In this document: positions 49,891-58,825 of the stretch, piece by piece
Layout of the letters: each line of letters opens with the position of its first letter
Numbering within the stretch: the first letter of the stretch is position 1
Sequence record: SRR20825019_114
Reading direction: 5' to 3' (one strand)
Length of the DNA stretch: 64,000 bases
The notes under the pieces: model-generated
Told to the model about the DNA's origin: nothing
The model's input: only the letters and a program-made list of their open reading frames with translations
The model's database searches: none
Position numbers and translations under genes: made by a program

Positions 49891-51649
49891 TCTGATCATC
49901 AAAGGCGGCACCGTATTTGACGGCACCGGCACAGACGGCTTTATTGCTGATGTCGCCATCAAGGATGGCATTATCAAAGCTATTGGCGATGTTGAAGGTG
50001 AAGCCGCGCGCACCATTGATGCGGGTGGTGCAATCGTCACTCCCGGCTTTATTGATTTGCACACCCATTATGACGGGCAGGTGTCGTGGGACGCTGATTT
50101 GCGCCCGAGTGTTAACCACGGCGTGACCACAGCTGTGATGGGCAGCTGCGGTGTTGGTTTTGCGCCCGTGCACGAGAAAGACCACACCCGGCTTGTACGG
50201 TTGATGGAAGGGGTTGAAGACATCCCCGGCACCGCGCTTGCGGAAGGCCTGACCTGGAACTGGGAAAGCTTTGGCGACTATATGGACGCGATTGATTTCC
50301 CGCATGCCATCGACTTTGCAGCACAAGTGGTGCACGACCCGCTGCGGGTTTATGTGATGGGAGACCGCGCTGTCTCTGGCGAGCCTGCCACGGCTGATGA
50401 TATCGCCAAAATGCGTGAGCTAACCCGAGCCGCCCTTGAAGCTGGCGCCGTGGGTTTCTCAACCGGACGCTCAGACGTGCACCGCACCGCTGACGGTGAA
50501 TGGACACCGGCATCTGAAGCCACCAAAGATGAACTGGTTGGCATTGCCGAAGCCTTTCAGGGGCTTGAACATGGCGTATTGCAGGCGGTGAATGATTTTG
50601 ACCTTGAACGCGGCGATCCCACAGCCTTTGACCGCGAATTTGGCTTGCTGGAAGCTTTCGCTGGGGCCGCAGGCGGGCGGCCGTTTTCGCTCTCCCTCAT
50701 GCAGCGGGATTTTGCGCCGAAGCAGTGGAAGGACATCATGGCTCGCGCCGAAGCCGCCGAAGCGAAAGGCATCCCCATGCGGCTGCAAGTGGCACCGCGC
50801 GGTATTGGCGTGGTGCTGGGCCTTCAGTGCACCTTCCATCCGTTCATTGGTTTCCCAAGCTACAAGAAAATCAGCCACTTGCCGCTTGACGAGCGTGTGA
50901 GCATCATGCGCGATCCCGCGTTCAAGGCACAGTTACTTTCTGAAACTTCCGAGAAAGTAGCCGGGGACGGCACCGCCATTCCGCCCCTTGCAGATACCTT
51001 GTTGCAGCAGATCGTTTTCATTTCCTGCAAAATGTTCAAGCTGGGCGAAAACCCGGACTATGAGCAAGGCGTTGAACACTCGGTCTACAAGATGGCAGAA
51101 GCTGCAGGTGTGCCGCCGCTTGAGAAAATATACGATATTTTACTCGAGAAAGACGGGCGTGAGTTCCTCTACTTCCCGATCTATAATTATACCGACCTGA
51201 ACTATGAGGCTGTGCACACAATGATGAGCCACCCGCAGGCGATCATGGGACTATCAGACGGTGGCGCGCATGTGGGCACTGTATGTGATGCCAGCTTCCC
51301 CACCTATCTGATCGCGCACTGGACACGGGACCGGGCCAAGGGCGCAAAGATAGCACTCCAGCGTGCGGTCCAGATGCTGACCGCCGACCTGGCCGACTAT
51401 ATCGGTTTCAAGGACCGTGGCCGCCTGCAAGTTGGCCTCAAGGCCAATATCAACGTGATTGACCATAAAGGCCTACGCCTTCACGCACCGCATATGGTGC
51501 AGGACCTGCCTGCGGGCGGGCAACGCCTGCTGCAGGAAGCAACAGGCTATATTGCAACAATCGTGAACGGGCAGATCGTTATTGAAAACGACAAGCTTAC
51601 CGATGCGCGCCCCGGACGGCTTGTACGCCTCGGCCAGAAAGCAGCATAG
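49880..51649 (+). CDS. N-acyl-D-amino-acid deacylase family amidohydrolase
   Basis: [41 protein letters not shown]. Confidence 0.9.
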   Translation: MAYDLIIKGGTVFDGTGTDGFIADVAIKDGIIKAIGDVEGEAARTIDAGGAIVTPGFIDLHTHYDGQVSWDADLRPSVNHGVTTAVMGSCGVGFAPVHEKDHTRLVRLMEGVEDIPGTALAEGLTWNWESFGDYMDAIDFPHAIDFAAQVVHDPLRVYVMGDRAVSGEPATADDIAKMRELTRAALEAGAVGFSTGRSDVHRTADGEWTPASEATKDELVGIAEAFQGLEHGVLQAVNDFDLERGDPTAFDREFGLLEAFAGAAGGRPFSLSLMQRDFAPKQWKDIMARAEAAEAKGIPMRLQVAPRGIGVVLGLQCTFHPFIGFPSYKKISHLPLDERVSIMRDPAFKAQLLSETSEKVAGDGTAIPPLADTLLQQIVFISCKMFKLGENPDYEQGVEHSVYKMAEAAGVPPLEKIYDILLEKDGREFLYFPIYNYTDLNYEAVHTMMSHPQAIMGLSDGGAHVGTVCDASFPTYLIAHWTRDRAKGAKIALQRAVQMLTADLADYIGFKDRGRLQVGLKANINVIDHKGLRLHAPHMVQDLPAGGQRLLQEATGYIATIVNGQIVIENDKLTDARPGRLVRLGQKAA

Positions 51650-51655
51650 CCCTTG

Positions 51656-52411
51656 ATGACAGAGATATTTGCGGACGTCAGCCTGTGGGCACTTGCGGGC
51701 ATGGCGGCCGCCATCCTGCTGGCCGCTGTTCTGCGTGCTTTCACTGGTTTTGGTTTTGCGCTCGCAGCCCTGCCGGTGCTCAGCCTGTTCCTGAGCCCCA
51801 CGACGGCGGCAAGCGTGATCGTGCTGCTGACGCTTGCTATCTCAATACAAACCCTGCCCTCATACCGGGCTGATGTGCCGCTGCGTACCATGGGCGGCAT
51901 GCTGGTACTTTCAGCCGTGGGCACGCTTGGTGGCACCTACCTGTTGCTGCTCTTCAGCGCAGATACTTTTCGCCTGTTGATCGGGCTCACCGTCATGCTC
52001 GCTTGTGTGCTGCTCATGCGTTTCAAACCCGCACCACACCGGGAAGGCGGCACCTATGGCCTCATGGCCGGGCTGTCATCGGGTTTGATGAATGGTGCAC
52101 TTGCGATCCCCGGGCCACCGGTCATTATTTATGCTATGGCCGTGTATAGTGAAGCGCGCAAAAGTCGCGCCTTCCTGATGGGCTTTTTCCTGATTTCGGC
52201 GGCCCTCGCCACGCTCACCTATTCGTTTGAGGGCATCATGGGCCTAAAGGAATTATCTTTCGCGCTCGTCGCATACCCGGCAATGCTGATTGGGGACAAA
52301 GTCGGCGCAACACTGTTTGAAAAGCATGGCACGGCTACGCACCGCAAGATCGCCATTCTCGCCCTGTTCGCCATTGGCCTTAGCGTTGCGGCTGCATCTA
52401 TCTACAGATAA
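51656..52411 (+). CDS. TauE/SafE (TSUP) membrane exporter
   Basis: GFGFAL and GLMNG...PGPP motifs; about 8 TMs. Confidence 0.88.
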   Translation: MTEIFADVSLWALAGMAAAILLAAVLRAFTGFGFALAALPVLSLFLSPTTAASVIVLLTLAISIQTLPSYRADVPLRTMGGMLVLSAVGTLGGTYLLLLFSADTFRLLIGLTVMLACVLLMRFKPAPHREGGTYGLMAGLSSGLMNGALAIPGPPVIIYAMAVYSEARKSRAFLMGFFLISAALATLTYSFEGIMGLKELSFALVAYPAMLIGDKVGATLFEKHGTATHRKIAILALFAIGLSVAAASIYR

Positions 52412-52491
52412 TCCATCAACCAAGTTCGACCTTGTATGCCGGGGTGAAATGCTGTTTTCTTAACCCCAAACAACAGTGGAAGGGGGAATAT

Positions 52492-53655
52492 ATGGCTGAA
52501 TTTGATACCTGCATGATCTGCGGCAACACAAATTTTGAAGCCATGAAGTCTTCCAATTGGGTGATCACCGGCATCGGTGATGTTCCCGTGCAATTTGGGA
52601 CGTGCCGGGACTGCGGCCATATTTTCCAGAACCCGTTGCCGGCACTTGAAACCATTGAGGCCTTCTATACGGAGTTCTCGAATTATCTGAAACCGGATCC
52701 AAACTGGGTACCGCCTGAGACGCCGGAGACGCCGACGTCTGCTCGCCTTATTGACCTCGCCAATCACTTCAAGCCAGAAAAAGGCACCGTGTATGAGATT
52801 GGCTGTGGCTCCGGCATGCACCTTTATTACTTCCAGAAAGACGGCTGGAATGTGCAAGGGTGTGAGCCTTCACCCGATGCTGGCGCACAGGCACAGGCCC
52901 TTCTGAACAGCAAAATCGATATCGCCTTCGCGAGCGATTGCCTGACCGGTTCGCCCAAATATGATGTCGTGACGCTTAGCCATGTGCTTGAACATGTGCC
53001 GGACCCGCGTGCGCTACTTGAGCTTGCCCGTGATCAGGTCGCTGATGACGGTGTGTTCATTCTTGAGGTACCCTGTGCACGGCAACCCTCAAGGCTTTGC
53101 ATCGGCTGGCTCGCGCTCGAACATCTATCTTACTTCTCGGAGCCTGTGCTGACACGGCTAATGGAAGAAACCGGCTTTGAGGTATTGCAAATCATCATCG
53201 ATGATCTCAACCCCAAATACCCAACCATCACGGTCGCAGCCCGGCCATGTAAAAATGCGGGCGAGGGAAACACACCTTACCTCAATGCCTTTCCCGTCAA
53301 CCGTGACATGCTGGCAAAACATATCCAGATAGACACTCAGCACTGGAACCGCGTGAACGAACGTTTCGCGCACGTGAACGATGCCTATATCTGGGCCGCG
53401 GGCGTGCATACCGCGCAGCTGTTCAGCGAAACGTCGATCCTCTCAACAGTAAATATCAAAGCCCTTGTTGACAGCAGCCCCTTAAAGACCGGCAAGAAGC
53501 AAGGGCCGTACAATATCCTGAGCAAGGAACAGTTTTTCAAAGCCTATAAAGGCGAGCATGTGATTATCTCGTCCTATGCGTCCGAGAAGGCTATCGCTGA
53601 TACGCTTAAAAGTGACGGTATCTCTGAGGATAAGATCGTCAGGCTCTACACCTGA
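52492..53655 (+). CDS. Class I SAM methyltransferase with N-terminal Zn ribbon (sugar C-methyltransferase-like)
   Basis: CMIC and CRDC, EIGCGSG, SHVLEH, EHLSYF, C-terminal WAAG Rossmann-like domain. Confidence 0.8.
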   Translation: MAEFDTCMICGNTNFEAMKSSNWVITGIGDVPVQFGTCRDCGHIFQNPLPALETIEAFYTEFSNYLKPDPNWVPPETPETPTSARLIDLANHFKPEKGTVYEIGCGSGMHLYYFQKDGWNVQGCEPSPDAGAQAQALLNSKIDIAFASDCLTGSPKYDVVTLSHVLEHVPDPRALLELARDQVADDGVFILEVPCARQPSRLCIGWLALEHLSYFSEPVLTRLMEETGFEVLQIIIDDLNPKYPTITVAARPCKNAGEGNTPYLNAFPVNRDMLAKHIQIDTQHWNRVNERFAHVNDAYIWAAGVHTAQLFSETSILSTVNIKALVDSSPLKTGKKQGPYNILSKEQFFKAYKGEHVIISSYASEKAIADTLKSDGISEDKIVRLYT

Positions 53656-53657
53656 GA

Positions 53658-54269
53658 TTATTCACGCGCCTTGTGCAGGAAGCTACCGCACACTTCATCG
53701 GCCAGCATATCAAGTGACATATCACCGTCTGGCCGGTACCAATTGCGGGTCCAGGCCAGCGCACCACGAATAAGCTGTCGCGCGACCTTGGGCTGTGAAC
53801 TCAGCAGCCCTCGTGCATCGCAGCCCTCAAGCGCCGCATCCCAGCATTTTTCATAAGAACCGTCCCGGAGCGCAAGCACCTTTTCACGCGAAACCTCATC
53901 AAGGCTGCGCCATTCATCCACAAGAACATAGGCCGCCTGCCCGTCTTCCCGGTGGATAGAATAAAGCTCGCAAAGGATCAGCGCTTTTAGTTGCGCCACT
54001 GGTTCAGTTATGCCCTCAACGGCCTTTTCAGCACGCACACCCATGTCGCGAGTCGTCATCGCCATGGCGGTAAAGAGGATTTCCTGCTTGTTCTTGAAAT
54101 GGTGAAACAAGCTGCCTGAAAGGATGCCAGTTGCCGCCGCAATGTCGCGCACCGTCGTGCGTTCAAAGCCTTTTTCATAAAATAAATCAATGGCCTTAGC
54201 CACAATACGGGCTTTGGCAGGGCTGATAGTTTGCGCGCGTTGAGCGCTACTTTTCACAAGGTCATCCAT
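53658..54269 (-). CDS. atuR: TetR family regulator, AtuR-like
   Basis: GFERTTVRDIA...GILSGSLFHHFKNK; divergent from the atu genes. Confidence 0.8.
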   Translation of the reverse strand: MDDLVKSSAQRAQTISPAKARIVAKAIDLFYEKGFERTTVRDIAAATGILSGSLFHHFKNKQEILFTAMAMTTRDMGVRAEKAVEGITEPVAQLKALILCELYSIHREDGQAAYVLVDEWRSLDEVSREKVLALRDGSYEKCWDAALEGCDARGLLSSQPKVARQLIRGALAWTRNWYRPDGDMSLDMLADEVCGSFLHKARE

Positions 54270-54297
54270 TCCATGAGCTTATTACAGATGCTTTTGA

Positions 54298-54320
54298 TTG
54301 ACAACCAAGCGCTTGCTTGT
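54298..54320. promoter_or_regulatory. Probable AtuR operator overlapping a -35 element
   Basis: TTGACA (54298-54303) overlaps the near-perfect palindrome ACAACCAAGCGCTTGCTTGT (54301-54320). Confidence 0.7.
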
Positions 54321-54377
54321 TTTTATATTAATGGGAAGAATTAAAATATTACACACCGACAAGGGAGTGGACCGACC

Positions 54378-55265
54378 ATGCAGGACGGCACACAAGGCTA
54401 CAATTCGGTATTCAGGCCGGGGCTTTTCACAGGCAAACGCATTATCGTTACCGGTGGTGGCAGCGGTATTGGCCGATGCACCGCGCACGAGCTTGCGCAT
54501 CTTGGTGCCCATGTGATCATCACAGGGCGAAACGAAGAAAAGCTGCAAACCGTTGTGGATGAAATCACCGCAGATGGCGGTACCTGCGCCTATAAAGCGT
54601 TTGATATTCGTGACGAAGAAGCCGTGAAAGCGGCGATCTCAGACCTCGTGAAGGATGAAGGCCCTATCACTGGCCTCGTCAACAACGCAGGCGGGCAGTA
54701 CCCTTCTCCACTTGAGGCCATTTCCACAAAAGGGTTTGAAGCAGTGCTGCGCACCAATGTTGTCGGTGCGTTCAATGTTTCGCGTGAACTTGTCACCCAG
54801 TCCATGAACAAAACGGGCGGTGCGATTGTCAACATCACCGCAGATTTCTGGGGCGGCATGCCCACCATGGGGCACTCAGGCGCCGCGCGTGCAGCCTGTG
54901 ACAATTTCACCAAAACCGCCGCCGTGGAATGGGGGCGTTTTGGCATTCGCACCAACTCTATTGCGCCGGGTTGGGTGGCATCTTCAGGCTTTGATACATA
55001 TGACGACCCCGGCGTGCAGGCCATGCTGCCGCAGCTCAAAAACATGGTACCGCTAGGGCGCATCGCGACAGAGGCTGAGATCGCATCCGCTATCATATTC
55101 CTGCTGTCAGACGGCGCTAATTTCATATCAGGCGCTAGCCTGCGCGTAGACGGTGGCGGCAGCCTCTTTAGCCCGCTGTTCCCGCCACAAGGCGCAAAAA
55201 ACAGCGAGAGCTATCAGGGTTTTCACCGGTACACACCGCCTAAAGCCCTGAGGACGAGTGACTGA
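54378..55265 (+). CDS. atuB: SDR, citronellol/citronellal dehydrogenase-like
   Basis: YNSVFRPGLF, TGGGSGIGRCTAHELA, NNAGGQY, HSGAARA; atu gene order. Confidence 0.8.
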   Translation: MQDGTQGYNSVFRPGLFTGKRIIVTGGGSGIGRCTAHELAHLGAHVIITGRNEEKLQTVVDEITADGGTCAYKAFDIRDEEAVKAAISDLVKDEGPITGLVNNAGGQYPSPLEAISTKGFEAVLRTNVVGAFNVSRELVTQSMNKTGGAIVNITADFWGGMPTMGHSGAARAACDNFTKTAAVEWGRFGIRTNSIAPGWVASSGFDTYDDPGVQAMLPQLKNMVPLGRIATEAEIASAIIFLLSDGANFISGASLRVDGGGSLFSPLFPPQGAKNSESYQGFHRYTPPKALRTSD

Positions 55266-56874
55266 TATGCCAGTGATAGAAAGCAAACTAGACACCACGT
55301 CAGCAAGCTTCAAAACCAATGAAGCTGCCATGCAGGTACAGCTTGACGAGATTGGCCGCATTGAAGCGCTCAAGTCTGCCGCACAGGAGAAAGCCCGCCC
55401 GCTTTTTGACAAGCGCGGCAAGCTACTACCCAAGGAACGGCTGGCGTTGCTGCTGGATAAAGGCGCGCCATTTCTGGAGCTTTCCGCCCTCTCCGGCTAC
55501 CTGATGTATGATGACAAGGACGGCTCTGGCGCTGGCGGTTCCATCGCGGGCATCGGGTACGTGAGCGGCAAACGCTGTATGGTGATTGTATCCAACAGCG
55601 CCGTTAAAGGCGGCACGGTAACACCCGCAGGGCTCAACAAATCCTTGCGCCTGCAAGCCATCGCGCTCGAGAACAAGCTACCTATCGTTGGTTTGATGGA
55701 AGGCGGCGGCGCCAACCTGCAGCATGTGTCTGATATGTTTGTCGAAGGCGCGCGCAGCTTTGCCAACCAGGCACGGCTATCCGCCGCAGGTATCCCGCAA
55801 ATCACCGTGGTGCATGGCAGCTCCACAGCGGGTGGCGCCTATCAGCCCGGCCTGTCTGACTATGTGGTGATGGTGCGCGGGCGCTCAAAAGTTTTCCTCG
55901 CCGGGCCACCACTTCTCAAGGCCGCAACAGGCGAGATCGCCAATGACGAAGACCTTGGCGGCGCAGAGTTGCACGCAGAGGTTACCGGCACGGCGGAATA
56001 TCTGGCAGAAGATGACGCAGACGGTATCCGATACGCGCGCGAGATCATGGCCCGCCTGCCATGGAGGGAACCCACGAAGGCAGACCAGCCCTATACCGAG
56101 CCAGCCTATGCCCCAGACGAGTTGATCGGCGTTGTGCCCGCCGACGCCAAAACACCATACGACGTGCGGGAGGTTATGGCCCGGCTGGTGGACAGCTCCG
56201 ACTTTCTGGATTTCAAGAACGATTATGACCCACAAACGGTTTGTGGGCATGCAGCTATCGCAGGTGAAACCATCGGTATCATTGGCAACAATGGCCCGAT
56301 CACCCCCAAAGGTGCTACCAAAGCCGCTCATTTTGTACAGCTGTGCGACCAGGCGGGTGTGCCCATCCTTTTCCTCCACAACACCACAGGCTTTATGGTG
56401 GGTAAGGACGCTGAAGCTGGCGGCGTGGTCAAGCACGGCTCCAAGCTTATTCAAGCGGTGACCAATGCGCGTGTGCCGCGCATCTCCATCCATATTGGTG
56501 GCAGCTATGGCGCTGGCAACTACGCCATGTGCGGCCGCGGTGTAGACCCGCGGTTTGTGTTCTCATGGCCCAACGTGAAAACCGCTGTTATGGGCGGCGC
56601 GCAAGCGGGCATGGTGCTGAAGATTGTTGGGCTTGAGAAGGCCAAACGCATGGGCGTTGAGGCGGATGAGGCCCAGCTTGAAAAACTGGAGGCTGCGACC
56701 GCAACGCAGATGGATGCTTGCTCGACAGCGCTATATGGCAGCGCGCGACTTTGGGACGACGGCATTATCGACCCGCGTGATACCCGCAAGCTTCTAACCT
56801 ACCTCCTCGATATCTGTCGGGACGCGGACAACCGCGCTCTCCGGCCCAACACATTCGGCGTCGCACGCTTCTAG
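55258..56874 (+). CDS. atuC: Geranyl-CoA carboxylase carboxyltransferase (beta) subunit
   Basis: HGSSTAGGAY, FLAGPPL, HNTTGFMVG, GSYGAGNY, WDDGIIDP, FGVARF. Confidence 0.82.
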   Translation: MTDMPVIESKLDTTSASFKTNEAAMQVQLDEIGRIEALKSAAQEKARPLFDKRGKLLPKERLALLLDKGAPFLELSALSGYLMYDDKDGSGAGGSIAGIGYVSGKRCMVIVSNSAVKGGTVTPAGLNKSLRLQAIALENKLPIVGLMEGGGANLQHVSDMFVEGARSFANQARLSAAGIPQITVVHGSSTAGGAYQPGLSDYVVMVRGRSKVFLAGPPLLKAATGEIANDEDLGGAELHAEVTGTAEYLAEDDADGIRYAREIMARLPWREPTKADQPYTEPAYAPDELIGVVPADAKTPYDVREVMARLVDSSDFLDFKNDYDPQTVCGHAAIAGETIGIIGNNGPITPKGATKAAHFVQLCDQAGVPILFLHNTTGFMVGKDAEAGGVVKHGSKLIQAVTNARVPRISIHIGGSYGAGNYAMCGRGVDPRFVFSWPNVKTAVMGGAQAGMVLKIVGLEKAKRMGVEADEAQLEKLEAATATQMDACSTALYGSARLWDDGIIDPRDTRKLLTYLLDICRDADNRALRPNTFGVARF

Positions 56875-56892
56875 AAAACACAGGGAAGACAC

Positions 56893-58041
56893 ATGATTTT
56901 TACAACGGAACATAATGAGCTGAGGCGCACCGTCGCCCGTTTTGTGGATGAAGAGATCAACCCGCATGTGGACGCGTGGGAAGAAGCAGGCATTTTCCCT
57001 GCCCATGAGCTGTTTAAAAAAATGGGTGACCTCGGCCTCTTGGGCATCTCGAAACCCGAGGAATACGGTGGGCTTGGGCTTGATTATTCCTACGAGATGG
57101 TGCTGGCGGAGGAACTCGGCGGCATCAACTGCGGCGGCGTGCCTATGGGCATCAGCGTGCAAACCAACATGGCTACACCTGCGCTCGCACGCTTCGGGTC
57201 AGACGAGCTGAAACGCGAGTTTCTGGCACCAGCGATAGCGGGCGACATGGTGTGCTCCATCGCAGTGTCCGAACCGCATGCAGGCTCCGACGTGGCGGCC
57301 ATCTCAACCACTGCTGTAAAAGACGGTGACGACTATGTCATCAACGGTACAAAGATGTGGATCACCAACTCCACACAGGCCGATTTCCTGTGCTTGCTGG
57401 CTAACACTGGCGACGCACCCGCACACAAAAACAAATCTCTGATCGTTGTGCCAACCAATAGCAAGGGTGTTTCCTTCTCTGAGAAGCTGAACAAGCTTGG
57501 CATGCGCTCCTCAGACACCGCACAAATTTTCCTCGATGATGTGCGTGTGCCACAGCGCCATCTGATCGGCAATGAGGGTGACGGCTTCCGCATGCAGATG
57601 ATGCAGTTTCAGGAAGAGCGCCTGTGCGCCGCCATGCTCGGCCCGAAAGGCATGAGCAACACCATTCAGGCAACCATTGATTATGCCCGCGACCGCAAGA
57701 TTTTCGGCGGCAGCGTGCTTGATAACCAGGTGGTGCAATACCGGCTTGCGGAACTACAGACAGAGGTAGAGGCGTTACGTGCCCTGATCTGGCACGCGAC
57801 CGAGGCTTATGTGAACGGTGAAGATGTCACCAAACTTGCCACCATGGCCAAACTGAAAGCAGGCAAGCTCGGGCGCGAGGTGCCGGACGCCTGCCTGCAA
57901 TATTGGGGCGGCATGGGCTTCATGTGGGACAACCCGGTTTCCCGCTCATATCGCGATGGCAGGCTCACAAGCATTGGCGGCGGGTCGGACGAGACGATGC
58001 TCCGTATCCTCACCCGCATGATGGGCATGGGCAATGGCTGA
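56893..58041 (+). CDS. atuD: Acyl-CoA dehydrogenase, citronellyl-CoA dehydrogenase-like
   Basis: SEPHAGSDV, NGTKMWITN, QFQEERL, CLQYWGGMGF, SIGGG; position in cluster. Confidence 0.8.
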   Translation: MIFTTEHNELRRTVARFVDEEINPHVDAWEEAGIFPAHELFKKMGDLGLLGISKPEEYGGLGLDYSYEMVLAEELGGINCGGVPMGISVQTNMATPALARFGSDELKREFLAPAIAGDMVCSIAVSEPHAGSDVAAISTTAVKDGDDYVINGTKMWITNSTQADFLCLLANTGDAPAHKNKSLIVVPTNSKGVSFSEKLNKLGMRSSDTAQIFLDDVRVPQRHLIGNEGDGFRMQMMQFQEERLCAAMLGPKGMSNTIQATIDYARDRKIFGGSVLDNQVVQYRLAELQTEVEALRALIWHATEAYVNGEDVTKLATMAKLKAGKLGREVPDACLQYWGGMGFMWDNPVSRSYRDGRLTSIGGGSDETMLRILTRMMGMGNG

Positions 58042-58825
58042 AGATACTATTCTCACGGCCCGGTCAGATGGGGTGCTAACCGTCACCCTGAACCGACCAC
58101 AGGCAAAAAATGCGATGAATTTCGCCATGGTCGACGCACTGATAGGCGCCTTTGACGATGCCGCAACAGATGACGCAGTACGCGTCGTGGTGCTCAGGGG
58201 CACAGATGGTGTGTTCTGTGCGGGCGGAGACCTGAAAGATATGGGCAGCAGCGCGCAGAACAAGGCGGATGTCGCTAAAGGCAATCGCCGTTTTGGTGAG
58301 CTGCTCGAAGTCGCGCAGGCGTTTCCAAAATCCCTGATCACGGTGTGTGAAAAAGCCGCCATGGGTGGTGGCTTCGGTCTCGTTTGTGTTTCCGATATCG
58401 CTATCGCGGAAAGCGGCTGCCGCTTTGGCATGCCCGAGGTAACGCTGGGCATATTACCTGCCCAAATCGCCCCCTTTGTCCTGGCCCGCATCGGCCTTAC
58501 AGAAACCCGACGCCTTGCGCTCACGGGTCACATCATCGACGGTGACGACGCAAAAAAAGTTGGGATTGCGCATTATAGCGAACAGGGAAATGCCGCACTC
58601 AAGGAACGCCTCAATATCGTTATAAAACAATGCCTTAAATCCGCGCCAAACGCTGTGCGTGCGACAAAAAAACTGCTTCTTGAAACGGCCCAAGCTGTCA
58701 GCCCCGAAACACTGGATATGGCGGCAGAGATGTTCGCGGACGCACTTTTAGGCGATGAAGGCCGTGAAGGCACCCTCGCCTTCCGTGAAAAACGCCGCCC
58801 TTCGTGGACGGAGGAAATAACGTGA
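58034..58825 (+). CDS. atuE: Enoyl-CoA hydratase, isohexenylglutaconyl-CoA hydratase-like
   Basis: FCAGGDLKDM, GGGFGL, MPEVTLGILPAQIAPFV. Confidence 0.8.
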   Translation: MAEDTILTARSDGVLTVTLNRPQAKNAMNFAMVDALIGAFDDAATDDAVRVVVLRGTDGVFCAGGDLKDMGSSAQNKADVAKGNRRFGELLEVAQAFPKSLITVCEKAAMGGGFGLVCVSDIAIAESGCRFGMPEVTLGILPAQIAPFVLARIGLTETRRLALTGHIIDGDDAKKVGIAHYSEQGNAALKERLNIVIKQCLKSAPNAVRATKKLLLETAQAVSPETLDMAAEMFADALLGDEGREGTLAFREKRRPSWTEEIT

